Source: an uncultured Pseudomonadota bacterium
Lineage (GTDB): Bacteria > Pseudomonadota > Alphaproteobacteria > Rs-D84
Assembly: GCA_902774285.1 (NCBI GenBank)
Contig: CACYHO010000001.1
Location: forward strand, 400,958-464,957
Direction: 5' to 3'
Length of the DNA stretch: 64,000 bases
The position numbers and the translations under genes are program-made. How positions within the stretch are numbered: the stretch's first letter is position 1; every line of letters starts with the position of its first letter. The notes under the pieces are model-generated. The model saw only the letters and a program-made list of their open reading frames with translations, did no database searches and had not been told where the DNA came from. Of the stretch, positions 27,848 through 37,902 are shown in pieces.

Positions 27848-28836
27848 TGAAGTGGAAAGATGCAGATTTTAATTCTGGAATTGCAAATATCAATGCTGTG
27901 TTGATATATGGCCCGGATGCAGGTCTGGTTGATGAATTGTGTGATAAAGCCATCGAAAAACTGGAAATAGAAAAAGATAATTTGTTGGTTTTAGATGCGA
28001 ATGAATTACGCGATAAACAAGATGCTGTGTTCGCAGAAAGTTGCAGTCCATCAATGTTTGGCGGTCGCAAGGCTGTTATAATTTCTGGTGCGGGCGACAG
28101 CGACAGCAAAATAATATCTGATTTGGTTACATCGTCATCGCTTTGCGCAACGGTTATCGTGACGGCCGGCGATTTGCGTCCTGCATCACTTCGTAAATTG
28201 TTTGAAGAAGGTTCAAATATTGCGGCAATCGCATGTTATTCAGATGATACTAAAACGTTGGAAGCTTTGATTCACAAAGAACTTTCTGCTGCTTCTGGAA
28301 TACGTCAGGTCACACCAGATGCTATGTCTTATATGTTATCTCATATGGGTGGTGATCGTGGTATCACACGCAGTTTCTTGCAAAAAATCGCAATATATGT
28401 TTCTGATAAACATGTTGTTGATTTGGAAGATGTCGAAAAATGTTTACCAGATACTTCCGCGACAAGTGCGGATGATTATATGTATTCCTTAACAGCGGGT
28501 CATATCAATCAAACTATGATTGCGCTGGATCGTTTGCTTTATGGTGGTGCAGATGCGAATATGTTGATACGTATGCTGTACAATCATTTTACGCGTTTAT
28601 TAGATGCTGTTGTTAATGGACAATTACCAAGACAATTGTTTTGGAAGGTTGCTGATAAATTTAATATGGCTATGAAGATATGGCCAGAAAATGAAATTGT
28701 AAATGTCTTGGCTAAATTAAACGATTTAGAAAAAATGTGCAGAACCAGTGGTATGCAACCAGAAATTTTAATACGCGATTTTTCGTTAAAACTTTCTGTG
28801 CGCGCCGCTAAATTGGCTTTAAAAAGAAGGAAATAA
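27847..28836 (+). CDS. holA: DNA polymerase III delta subunit
   Basis: LIYGPDAGL, SMFGGRK, GDLRPASLRKLFE, ACYSD. Confidence 0.88.
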   Translation: MKWKDADFNSGIANINAVLIYGPDAGLVDELCDKAIEKLEIEKDNLLVLDANELRDKQDAVFAESCSPSMFGGRKAVIISGAGDSDSKIISDLVTSSSLCATVIVTAGDLRPASLRKLFEEGSNIAAIACYSDDTKTLEALIHKELSAASGIRQVTPDAMSYMLSHMGGDRGITRSFLQKIAIYVSDKHVVDLEDVEKCLPDTSATSADDYMYSLTAGHINQTMIALDRLLYGGADANMLIRMLYNHFTRLLDAVVNGQLPRQLFWKVADKFNMAMKIWPENEIVNVLAKLNDLEKMCRTSGMQPEILIRDFSLKLSVRAAKLALKRRK

Positions 28837-28838
28837 AA

Positions 28839-29609
28839 ATGTTATCGTCTGTGTATGCACCAAAAGATTTTAAAAGATTACGCGCATCTGGTGATTTGGT
28901 GGCGCGTTGTTTTGATTTTATTACTCCACACATTGTTGCTGGAATTTCTACTGGTGAAATAGACAGATTGGTTGCACAATTTTTGAAAGAAAACGGTGCC
29001 CGTTCATCTGATTTGGGATATATGGGATACCCAAAAAGTATTTGTACATCAATTAATGATGTTGTTTGTCATGGTATTCCAAATGATAATGTTATATTGA
29101 AAGATGGCGATATTATAAATGTTGATTTGACTGCTGAATATCATGGTTTTCATGGTGATGCTTCGCGTATGTTTATGATTGGTAATGTGTCAAACAAAGC
29201 GCGTGAATTGGTTCAAACTTGCCAAGATGCTTTGAATGCTGCTATTTCTATTTGTGCACCAGGCGTTCCTCTTTCTGAAATTGGTAAAACAATAGAAAGT
29301 GTTGTTAAACCACATGGTTTTTCAATTGTGCGTGATTATTGTGGACATGGAATTGGCAAAGTAATGCATGATAATCCAAATATTTTGCATTTTTATGACA
29401 AAGCATATGATAAATTAATCATGCAACCTGGTTTTGTGTTTACTATTGAACCAATGATAAACACTGGTACTTACAGATGTACAACAGATGAAAAAGATGG
29501 GTGGACTGTCCGGACAGAAGACGGTGGTTTATCTGCACAATGGGAACACACATTGGGTATAACAGAAGATGGTGTGATTATATTCACAGAAAAAATGACA
29601 CATGATTAA
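28839..29609 (+). CDS. map: Methionine aminopeptidase type I
   Basis: CTSINDVVCHGIP, HGDASR, GHGIG, TIEPMIN, SAQWEHT. Confidence 0.95.
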   Translation: MLSSVYAPKDFKRLRASGDLVARCFDFITPHIVAGISTGEIDRLVAQFLKENGARSSDLGYMGYPKSICTSINDVVCHGIPNDNVILKDGDIINVDLTAEYHGFHGDASRMFMIGNVSNKARELVQTCQDALNAAISICAPGVPLSEIGKTIESVVKPHGFSIVRDYCGHGIGKVMHDNPNILHFYDKAYDKLIMQPGFVFTIEPMINTGTYRCTTDEKDGWTVRTEDGGLSAQWEHTLGITEDGVIIFTEKMTHD

Positions 29610-30288
29610 ACAAGAAGATTTGCAATCTTTACAGTCTGGTCACAGAGCGCGCTTGCGTAAAAAGTTTCTTGATGGTCAATTAACGGAATATGAAATTTTA
29701 GAATTGTTATTAACCTATGCAATTCCACGTCGTGATGTGAGAACTTTATCAAGACAACTTTATAAGAAATATGGAAGTTTACATCATTTATTGGCTGCAC
29801 CAATAGAATCTTTGATGGAAAACGAAGGTATCAAAGAAAACACGGCTACTTTTTTCAAAGTTATACATAAATTAATGGAATTAGAATATAAAACCGTATT
29901 AGATACGGCACCAATATTTCATAATTTCGAAAAATTAGAAAATTATTGCAAAATATTATTATCAGGTAAAGCAATTGAAGAATTTCATGTGCTTTATTTA
30001 GATTCGCAATATAAATTAATCAAAGATGAATTACACAGCAGTGGAACAATTGATTGGGCGGCAGTATATATTCGCGAAATTGTTAAGAAAGCATTAGATT
30101 TAAATGCGAGCAGTATAGTTATGTTGCATAATCACCCAAGTTCTTATACTTCTTTTTCATCGCAAGATATTGCCATCACGCAAGAATTAGAAAATGCGTT
30201 AGAAAAGCTGGGAATAGGCTTATATGACCATTTATTAGTTTCTGGTGATGTAATTTATTCTGCACGTAATATGCATTTATTAAAATAA
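29602..30288 (+). CDS. radC: RadC-family JAB domain protein
   Basis: GHRARLR, ELLLTYAIPRRD, HNHPS, DH. Confidence 0.9.
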   Translation: MIKQEDLQSLQSGHRARLRKKFLDGQLTEYEILELLLTYAIPRRDVRTLSRQLYKKYGSLHHLLAAPIESLMENEGIKENTATFFKVIHKLMELEYKTVLDTAPIFHNFEKLENYCKILLSGKAIEEFHVLYLDSQYKLIKDELHSSGTIDWAAVYIREIVKKALDLNASSIVMLHNHPSSYTSFSSQDIAITQELENALEKLGIGLYDHLLVSGDVIYSARNMHLLK

Positions 30289-30876
30289 TTCTTTGATATC
30301 ACAAACACTGCGTAATGATTGTGTACCGTCAGATTTTAATTTGTTCCCAGAAATTTTGAATACTTGTTTGCGTGCCACCGTTGGTGTATCCCATGTTTCT
30401 GCCAATTCACGATATATCAAAATCACTTTGAAAGTTGGTTTAAAAACGAATTGTATTTGTTGTAAATCGCATACATCACCATTGGTTGTTCTAAAATTAT
30501 TTGGGGTTATATCAACAAATTTACCATCAATATTTAATTCTATTTTATATTGGTAATACGAATGAGCATTTCCTGTTTCAACAAATGTTTTTGTTATTCT
30601 GTCGTTTATTTTGTCGCGGTTAATATCAATATAGAAAATACTTTTTTCTGATATGCCAGTGCCATATTTATCTAATTGGTATTTCGTTACAGAATCAGGA
30701 TCTTTTAATCCATCAGAAAATGTGTTTTTTTGATACACGAATTCATCGCTGAATACAGGAGTGCTTGATTCAGCACCAGAATCCATTTTATTGTGTGTTT
30801 TATTATAAAGAAAGAAAACCAAAACACATAAAACAGCGATTGCTATAATTAATATCAAATTTCTATGTTTATTCAT
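30280..30876 (-). CDS. Membrane-anchored exported protein, candidate immunity; paralog of 24890-25390
   Basis: Shared FSDGL..PD, IDIN.D...D, TG.AH.Y..Y.I.LN, C.L, CD...L. Confidence 0.65.
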   Translation of the reverse strand: MNKHRNLILIIAIAVLCVLVFFLYNKTHNKMDSGAESSTPVFSDEFVYQKNTFSDGLKDPDSVTKYQLDKYGTGISEKSIFYIDINRDKINDRITKTFVETGNAHSYYQYKIELNIDGKFVDITPNNFRTTNGDVCDLQQIQFVFKPTFKVILIYRELAETWDTPTVARKQVFKISGNKLKSDGTQSLRSVCDIKELF

Positions 30877-30886
30877 ATTTTATACC

Positions 30887-31852
30887 TTACATTTTTTGTT
30901 CCGTTCCAACACCCCATCCTTCGACTGTTTGAATAGCACGTGCAATTTTAAACAAATCGTTATCACTTAAATTACTGATTTTGGCATCAGCAGCAAGGCC
31001 AGTCATATTTGATACGCGTCTTGAATAATTTTCAGGATTATTTCCATCACTAAAAGGCGCCCATTTATGAATCGCGTCTTTGACAGATAAATGATTATAA
31101 CTGTTGCTGCGTAATAATTTGGTTATCGCACGTAAACCAGTTTCTTCGTCTGGGAAAACAGCCCATTTGTCTGTTTCGCCAATGGCACCGTTTTCATAAG
31201 CGAATTTAGATTTTCTTATGTTTCCAGGGTTATTGTTGCGCCATGCAGCAGTTCCGCCGATTCTTTTGATCTTGGTACCGTCGTTTGTTATATACACTGT
31301 CGTCTTGTTTTCGTATTCAACCCTGGCAATATCAGAAACATGAAAACCAGAAGAAGTCGATTGTTGATTCAGACTTTCTATTAACATATTGTCAGTGTTA
31401 TCTGTGAAAACTGGTCCTGAATCAATCATATTAAAATTTTCATAAAGTAAATTTTCATCAGATTTACCAAGTTTCTTATTACGTATTTCTAATAATTCAT
31501 CAACGGCTGCACGTGATATCTGTTTGACTTCACATTGTTGTGCAAATAAATCTTTGCCGTATATGATAGTAACGATAGGTTTTACTGCGCCAAGTATGCA
31601 CAATATTAACAGCAATGTTTTTGCGTTATTAAAAACAGTGTTTATTTTTATTCCATTTTTAATGTATAAAACGCCCCAACCAAAAATTATAACAGCGGTC
31701 AGAATTAAAATAACCATCCATGCATATTCAAGCAAAGTATCGAATGCCGGAAAAATACATGAAGGATCTTGGAAATAAATAAAATCAGATTCTACACGGA
31801 CTTTTTCAAGTCCAGAATTGATAAGTAAATTAAGAATGGTTGTTTCGTCCAT
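30887..31852 (-). CDS. Two-TM protein with C-terminal lysozyme-like RNNNPGN domain
   Basis: GGTAAWRNNNPGNI...KWAVF...KWAPFSDGNNPENY; homologous to the N-terminal domain of 25371-25976. Confidence 0.75.
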   Translation of the reverse strand: MDETTILNLLINSGLEKVRVESDFIYFQDPSCIFPAFDTLLEYAWMVILILTAVIIFGWGVLYIKNGIKINTVFNNAKTLLLILCILGAVKPIVTIIYGKDLFAQQCEVKQISRAAVDELLEIRNKKLGKSDENLLYENFNMIDSGPVFTDNTDNMLIESLNQQSTSSGFHVSDIARVEYENKTTVYITNDGTKIKRIGGTAAWRNNNPGNIRKSKFAYENGAIGETDKWAVFPDEETGLRAITKLLRSNSYNHLSVKDAIHKWAPFSDGNNPENYSRRVSNMTGLAADAKISNLSDNDLFKIARAIQTVEGWGVGTEQKM

Positions 31853-31854
31853 TT

Positions 31855-32781
31855 TTATTTTTTAGATACTGCACTTGTAAAGAATCCAGGAACAGAAAAA
31901 TCTTCATCGTTTGCAGCAATTCCGGCCCATCCAAACAAATCGCCCAGACCTTGATCTTTGTGTTTAGATTGTTTGAATGGCAAAATGTTGCGTAATTTTC
32001 CGATTTTGCTGCGTGTGGAAGATTTATTTTCTGTTGCGATTTTATCTTGTGTTTCTGCGAATTCTGTTGCCAATTGTTCCAATGTTGCATCCACAGAAAG
32101 ATCTTCTGGTTCTTCTATCGGTTCTTCGATTGGTGCATGTTGAACATTGTCTTCAACAATATCTTCTTGCAAAGGTGTCATTGCAGATAATAATTTTTCC
32201 AAATCTGCTTCATCGTCTTCTTCTGGTTCGTCGACGACATCTTCAATCGGTTCTTCTGCAACAGCTTCTGGTTCAGATTTTTCGTCAGATATTTCAGAAA
32301 TTATTTCGACTTCTTCAGATACTGTTTCTTCTGGTTCGTCATCTTTTGTAGAAAGAACGGATAAGATCGGAACAATTTTTTCTTCTGTTACTTCTTCTGT
32401 TGTTTCAGCATTTTCTTCTTGTTCTGCAGCTTGTTCTTCTTCTGTTTCAACAATTTGTTCAACCACAGGTTCTTTGCGTGGACGACCACGTTTCTTTGGT
32501 TTTTCAACAATGGGTTCTTCGATTATTTCTTGTGGGATTTCTTCAATAACTTCGTTAACAGGGGTTGGAATTGTTTCTTCGGATATTATTTCTGTAACGG
32601 TTTCAATTGTTTCTGGCTTTGATTCGTTCATTAATCCGGCATCATCTTCGTCCACAGGAACACCAAACAATACGGTTGATTTATCAAGATTTAATGCAGC
32701 GCGAACTTCTTCAAAAGCGGCACGAATATCGTTCATATCAAAAATTTCGTTGCCAGAAATATAGATAATTTTGGTTTTCAT
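31855..32781 (-). CDS. Highly acidic, largely disordered hypothetical protein
   Basis: Start MKTKIIYISG at 32781; E/P-rich middle region. Confidence 0.7.
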   Translation of the reverse strand: MKTKIIYISGNEIFDMNDIRAAFEEVRAALNLDKSTVLFGVPVDEDDAGLMNESKPETIETVTEIISEETIPTPVNEVIEEIPQEIIEEPIVEKPKKRGRPRKEPVVEQIVETEEEQAAEQEENAETTEEVTEEKIVPILSVLSTKDDEPEETVSEEVEIISEISDEKSEPEAVAEEPIEDVVDEPEEDDEADLEKLLSAMTPLQEDIVEDNVQHAPIEEPIEEPEDLSVDATLEQLATEFAETQDKIATENKSSTRSKIGKLRNILPFKQSKHKDQGLGDLFGWAGIAANDEDFSVPGFFTSAVSKK

Positions 32782-32863
32782 AAAACAATTCCCCCATTTG
32801 ATAAGGTATATTATATCACATTTTAAGGTTGAACGCATATAAAAAATGTCTTAAAATGCAAAT

Positions 32864-33076
32864 ATGGCAAACATCAAAGATCAAATTTTTCAAGAATTGG
32901 ATTCATTGGAAGCAATGACGATGAATTTGCGTGCTGACGCTAATGATGCCAGCAAACAAACAGACCTGGAGGTAGCCATTTTGACAAAACAGGTCAAAAC
33001 ATTGCGCGAAAAAAACGAAAATGCAAAACAATTGATTGATAAATCTGTATCTATATTGGAAAAATTGAAAAAATGA
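32864..33076 (+). CDS. Small coiled-coil protein upstream of zapA
   Basis: Heptad pattern; conserved position before zapA in alphaproteobacteria. Confidence 0.6.
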   Translation: MANIKDQIFQELDSLEAMTMNLRADANDASKQTDLEVAILTKQVKTLREKNENAKQLIDKSVSILEKLKK

Positions 33077-33351
33077 GCATAGTGTCGATACCTATTGTTA
33101 ACCGCAATTACCCAATGGGCTGTGAAGATGGCCAGGAAGGGCGCCTGATTGAATTGGGACGTATTGTCGATGCGCGTGCGCGTCAAATTTTGGATAAAAT
33201 CGGTCCATTACAGGAAAACGCGTTGTTGGCCACATTGTGCATAGTATTGGTTGATGAAATACAAAACAAAAATCAAACACCAACCGTAAGCGATGAAGAT
33301 TTGCGTGAAATATTGGCACGAATTCGTGAAATCAAACACAAAATTGCTTAA
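33073..33351 (+). CDS. zapA: Cell division protein ZapA
   Basis: RNYPMGCEDGQEGRLIELGRIVDARA...LLATLCIVLVDE. Confidence 0.85.
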   Translation: MSIVSIPIVNRNYPMGCEDGQEGRLIELGRIVDARARQILDKIGPLQENALLATLCIVLVDEIQNKNQTPTVSDEDLREILARIREIKHKIA

Positions 33352-33357
33352 ATTGTC

Positions 33358-33948
33358 TTAATTATTCCGTAAATATTTATATAAAGTACTTTTGTTAACA
33401 TGCATAATGCGTGCGATTTCATTTTTGCTGATACCTTTGTCAACAAGGCGGTTTATGCGTTTTTTATTTTTGCTTAATTTTAAAGTTTTTGATTTTGCAC
33501 CGATTGGACGCCCCAGTTTTTTCCCAGATGCTTTTAATCGTGCTAAACTTTCTCGAACACGTTCTTGTAATAAAGATTTTGATAATTCTGCAGACAAACC
33601 AAAGGCAAAAGCCAATACTTTTGATTGTATATCAGACCCCAGTCGAAAGTTTTCTTTCAATGTCCAAACTTGACAGTCTTTTTCAAGGCACGTTTGCAAA
33701 ATTCCCATGACTTCCAATAAACTGCGTCCCAATCTGGAAATTTCAGTTGTTATTAAAATATCACCAGATTTCAGTTTGTTTAATAAAAGACCAAGTTTTC
33801 GGTCTTGTAATTTTTTACTGCTGGAAATTTTTTCTTCGACCCAAGCATCAATTTGTAAATTATTTTGTTTTGCGAAATTTTCAATGACAAAGTGTTGATT
33901 TTCTTCGTGTTGATGTGCAGTAGAAACACGACAATATCCATAAATCAT
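33358..33948 (-). CDS. Serine recombinase, Hin/Pin-like DNA invertase
   Basis: YGYCRVST (catalytic Ser), EISRLGRS, GKKLGRP, C-terminal HTH. Confidence 0.92.
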   Translation of the reverse strand: MIYGYCRVSTAHQHEENQHFVIENFAKQNNLQIDAWVEEKISSSKKLQDRKLGLLLNKLKSGDILITTEISRLGRSLLEVMGILQTCLEKDCQVWTLKENFRLGSDIQSKVLAFAFGLSAELSKSLLQERVRESLARLKASGKKLGRPIGAKSKTLKLSKNKKRINRLVDKGISKNEIARIMHVNKSTLYKYLRNN

Positions 33949-34045
33949 AAAATCTCCTTTTTCTTTTTTTTACAATAAAAAAACAGGCACAATGCCTGTC
34001 GATTATGTCAATGATATAATTTGTTTTTTTCATATTTCAAGTGGT

Positions 34046-34071
34046 TCAATTTAAACCAAGGTTTTTTAACC
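34046..34071 (+). promoter_or_regulatory. hix-like recombination site (left)
   Basis: TCAATTTAAACC-AA-GGTTTTTTAACC versus hixL TTCTTGAAAACC-AA-GGTTTTTGATAA. Confidence 0.75.
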
Positions 34072-34155
34072 GCCCTCCAAAACACACAGTTACAAAACGT
34101 TAAAATCATTGCTTTTCAGCCAAAAATTATATTTTTTATTCTTTACAAAAAATGG

Positions 34156-34184
34156 TTGACTTTTAACCTTGGTTTTTGTACCAT
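34156..34184 (+). promoter_or_regulatory. Adhesin promoter straddling the right crossover site
   Basis: TTGACT-N17-TACCAT; the crossover dinucleotide 34169-34170 lies in the spacer. Confidence 0.7.
34157..34182 (-). promoter_or_regulatory. hix-like recombination site (right, inverted)
   Basis: Minus strand GGTACAAAAACC-AA-GGTTAAAAGTCA. Confidence 0.75.
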
Positions 34185-34250
34185 CTGATTACGTAATCCC
34201 AAAGATTACAGTTTTTAATATTAAAAATAACTAAAAAAAGGGAAAACAAA

Positions 34251-35831
34251 ATGAAAAAACATTTGATTTTGACTTCTTTGGCTGCAATTGTAGCAACTAC
34301 TGGTGCTGCTAGTGCGGTTACAATTGAAGAAGTTGTGGCTAATGCAAAAATGGATGCAGCAGTAATGCCAGAAACATCTGCTGAACCACAATATAGTTCT
34401 TATAGCTATGATTCTAATGGAGATGGTACAGCTGACGCTTACTTGACAAATGGAAGCGGAACAGATGTAATCGATACAAATTTAGAAGCTTTTACTTATC
34501 AAAACCGTAAAGGCAACTGGGCAGATTTGACCTTGGATACAGCAACAGGAACAGCCCAGGCCGATCAAGCAATAGACGCTGCTGATTATTACTATTACAG
34601 TGCTGTCGCTGATACAACATATCATGGTGACGATGAACACATTAATAAATCTTTGTATAAATACAATGTAACAGATAACAACGGTACAGTATCTGAAACA
34701 AATTTGGCTGATACAACAGCAATATCCAAAGGTTCTTATACATATGGCGTTAGTGCAGAATTTACACAAAGAACAACACCACAAACTATTGAACATGAAC
34801 CAGTATTTTCTGACTATGTAGGATTGGATGCTACATTGGCAGGTAAAACATTGGCTGATTATATGTTGGCAGATGGTTCTGGTATTGACAGCACAAAAAT
34901 TGCTGGTTTAGATTCTGCTGCTCAAACAAGTATACAAAATGCCTTTGCTGCATACACAACTGATCACAATGCATATGAAACAGCAAAAGGTTATTATGAT
35001 GCTTCTGTTGTTGAATTTAATACAATTTCAGGTAAAGCAGATGCTGATGAAGCTGTTGTTGCAGGTATGAACAGTGTATTTGTAGCAGATAGTGCAGATT
35101 ATACAGCAAAATCAGGTGCTTTGACTGCTGCACAAACATCTTTATCAGAAGCACAAGGTGCTTATACAACAGCTACAGCAAATTATAATACTGCTGTTGC
35201 TAATGCTAATGATTATAATGCTTCTTTGAGTAAAGTTATCAAAGATGCTGATCAAGTCACATTAGGTTCTGCAAAACAATATACTGACGGTGCTGTGGCT
35301 GGTAAAGCAGATGCAGAAGCTGTTGACACAGCTTTGTCTTTGAAAGCAAACACAGCAGATGTTAATAGTGCTTTGGATGGTAAAGCAGATAAAGCAACAA
35401 CTTTGGCTGGTTATGGTATCACAGATGCTTATACAATTGGCGAAGTTGATAATTTGGTCAATGGCGCAAAAGATTATACAGATGGTATTGCAAATGGTTT
35501 GCGTAATGAATTTGCTGCGGCTGACGCTTTGACATTGCGCAGTGCAAATTCTTACACAGATGCAAAAGTTAACTCTTTGGAAAAGAATATGTCTGGTGGT
35601 GTAGCAGCCGCTACTGCATTGTCCGCAGTTTCTGTGGGTAATGTTGATCGTGGTGAAGTTTCTGTTGGTGGTGGTTATGGCTATTACAACGGACAATCTG
35701 CGATGGCATTTGGTGCAGCAATGGGATTGTCAGACAGATGGTCTGTTAATGCCGGTGCAGGTATCGCAAGCGGAGATTCTACTCAATTCTCTATCCGCGC
35801 TGGAACAAATTATAAATTTAAATTGTTCTAA
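34251..35831 (+). CDS. Trimeric autotransporter adhesin (YadA-like anchor)
   Basis: Signal peptide, Ala-rich coiled stalk, ANSYTD neck, GVAAATAL...GGGYGYYNGQSAMAFG...NYKFKLF. Confidence 0.9.
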   Translation: MKKHLILTSLAAIVATTGAASAVTIEEVVANAKMDAAVMPETSAEPQYSSYSYDSNGDGTADAYLTNGSGTDVIDTNLEAFTYQNRKGNWADLTLDTATGTAQADQAIDAADYYYYSAVADTTYHGDDEHINKSLYKYNVTDNNGTVSETNLADTTAISKGSYTYGVSAEFTQRTTPQTIEHEPVFSDYVGLDATLAGKTLADYMLADGSGIDSTKIAGLDSAAQTSIQNAFAAYTTDHNAYETAKGYYDASVVEFNTISGKADADEAVVAGMNSVFVADSADYTAKSGALTAAQTSLSEAQGAYTTATANYNTAVANANDYNASLSKVIKDADQVTLGSAKQYTDGAVAGKADAEAVDTALSLKANTADVNSALDGKADKATTLAGYGITDAYTIGEVDNLVNGAKDYTDGIANGLRNEFAAADALTLRSANSYTDAKVNSLEKNMSGGVAAATALSAVSVGNVDRGEVSVGGGYGYYNGQSAMAFGAAMGLSDRWSVNAGAGIASGDSTQFSIRAGTNYKFKLF

Positions 35832-35885
35832 TAATATTTTGCTTTCGGTTAAACAAAAAACACCGCGTTTGCGGTGTTTTTTTTA

Positions 35886-36884
35886 TTACAATGTTTTTCC
35901 AATTGCGACGGCGGTGTCACACATACGGTTTGAAAAGCCCCATTCGTTATCATACCATGCGGTCACGTGTATTAAATGGTCATCTATAACACGTGTTTGT
36001 GATGCATCAAAAATGGAACTGTGTTTATCGTGTGTGAAATCTATCGATACCAAAGGTTTGTCGTTGTATCCCAATATTTCCGATACAGATGCCAACATTG
36101 CTTTGTTCACAGATTCTGCGGTTGCGCGTTTGTTGACATTTAATGTTAATTCCACAACAGAAACATCTGGGGTTGGAACACGAATCGCAATACCGTCCAT
36201 TTTACCCGCCAATTTAGGTAATACTAAACCGATTGCTTTTGCCGCGCCGGTGCTGGTTGGAATCATTGATAAATTTGCAGCGCGCGCACGACGGAAATCT
36301 TTGTGGTTTTTATCCAATAACATTTGGTCGCCAGTATAGGCATGAACAGTTGTCATCCAACCATTTATAATTCCAAATTTTTTATCCAATACATTTAATA
36401 CTGGGGCTAAACAATTCGTTGTGCACGAAGCATTAGATATAATCAAATCTTTTTTTGTTAATTTATTATCGTTAACACCAAAAACTATTGTTTTATCTGC
36501 GCCCGCAGATGGTGCAGATACCAATACACGTTTTGCACCGTTTTCCAAATGAATGCGTGCTTTGTCCGCCGCAGTAAAAAGGCCTGTGCATTCCATAACG
36601 ACATCTATTTTCATTTTTTTCCATGGCAATTTACTTGGATCACGTTCAGACAAACATTTAATCTTTTGATTGCCAACAATTATATATTCGCCATCTAATT
36701 TAACACCCATTGGCAATTTGCCGTGAACAGAATCATATTCTAATAAATAAGCATTTTCTGCCGCCGGTGCCAAATCATTTACCGCGACAAATTCTATATC
36801 TTTGCGTCCTGATTCCAATGCAGCACGCAGAACCAGACGACCAATTCGTCCAAAGCCATTTATTGCAACACGAATTTTTTTCAT
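35886..36884 (-). CDS. gap: Glyceraldehyde-3-phosphate dehydrogenase type I
   Basis: INGFGRIGR, SNASCTTNCL, WYDNEWGF. Confidence 0.96.
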   Translation of the reverse strand: MKKIRVAINGFGRIGRLVLRAALESGRKDIEFVAVNDLAPAAENAYLLEYDSVHGKLPMGVKLDGEYIIVGNQKIKCLSERDPSKLPWKKMKIDVVMECTGLFTAADKARIHLENGAKRVLVSAPSAGADKTIVFGVNDNKLTKKDLIISNASCTTNCLAPVLNVLDKKFGIINGWMTTVHAYTGDQMLLDKNHKDFRRARAANLSMIPTSTGAAKAIGLVLPKLAGKMDGIAIRVPTPDVSVVELTLNVNKRATAESVNKAMLASVSEILGYNDKPLVSIDFTHDKHSSIFDASQTRVIDDHLIHVTAWYDNEWGFSNRMCDTAVAIGKTL

Positions 36885-36999
36885 ATCTTTTTCCTTTCGT
36901 TATATCTGTATTTATTCTATCACAAAATGCGCATAAATATATACAGATTTTTTCGGATAGTTTTCTTGCAAATGGGGTGGGGCGTTTTATAATAGCAAT

Positions 37000-37902
37000 A
37001 TGAAATATGATTCAATTATTATCGCAGGTCCAACCGCATCGGGAAAATCTGATTTTGCACATAAATTGGCAAGGGCCATTAATGGTGCAATTATAAACGC
37101 AGATAGTGTTCAGATTTATCGTGGTATTGAAAATATCTCTGCATCACCGTTCGCGGGTATGTCGGGCGGTTTTGATGAAATAGAAGGCGTGCCGTATAAA
37201 CTGTTTTCGATTTTACCTTTGAATGAACATATAAGTGTGGCCGATTATTTAACATTGGCAAAAAAAGCATATGATGAAGTTATTGCGATGGGCAAAACAC
37301 CAATCTTTGTTGGTGGAACAGGATATTATATAAATGTTTTAATAAATGGTATTTCAAATATTCCAGAAGTCAGCGCTGAAAACAGAAATCGTGCGCGTGA
37401 AATGGTTGAAAAAGATATTGTTGGTGCGAAAAATTTATTGCCGTCTGATTTTTCTGCAAACGATCCACAACGTGTGGCGCGTGCGCTGGAAGTGTTTTTT
37501 GAAACTGGAACACATTTAACAGATTGGCAAAAAATTCCACGTGTTGGCGCGCTGGTTCCAAATGCCATGCGTATTTTAATTATGCCAGAACGTGAAGTTT
37601 TATTGAAACGCATTGCGGCACGTATTCCAGAAATGATTCGTGGTGGTGCGATGGAGGAAGCAAAATATATAATCGAAAATAATCTTGATCCAGAACGTGC
37701 AATTGGGGCAGTGCAAATATGTGATATGTTGCGCGGAAAAATTTCACAAGATGAAGCAATTCAAAACTGGACAACAAAAACAAATCAATATGCTAAACGT
37801 CAGCGGACGTGGTTTAACGGTCAATATAATGCAGACATCGAAATAAAAAACGTTCCAAATGCAGATGATTTGGAACGTGTGATTAGTGTTTTAAATAATT
37901 AA
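37000..37902 (+). CDS. miaA: tRNA dimethylallyltransferase
   Basis: GPTASGKS, NADSVQIY, VGGTGYY, YAKRQRTWF. Confidence 0.95.
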   Translation: MKYDSIIIAGPTASGKSDFAHKLARAINGAIINADSVQIYRGIENISASPFAGMSGGFDEIEGVPYKLFSILPLNEHISVADYLTLAKKAYDEVIAMGKTPIFVGGTGYYINVLINGISNIPEVSAENRNRAREMVEKDIVGAKNLLPSDFSANDPQRVARALEVFFETGTHLTDWQKIPRVGALVPNAMRILIMPEREVLLKRIAARIPEMIRGGAMEEAKYIIENNLDPERAIGAVQICDMLRGKISQDEAIQNWTTKTNQYAKRQRTWFNGQYNADIEIKNVPNADDLERVISVLNN

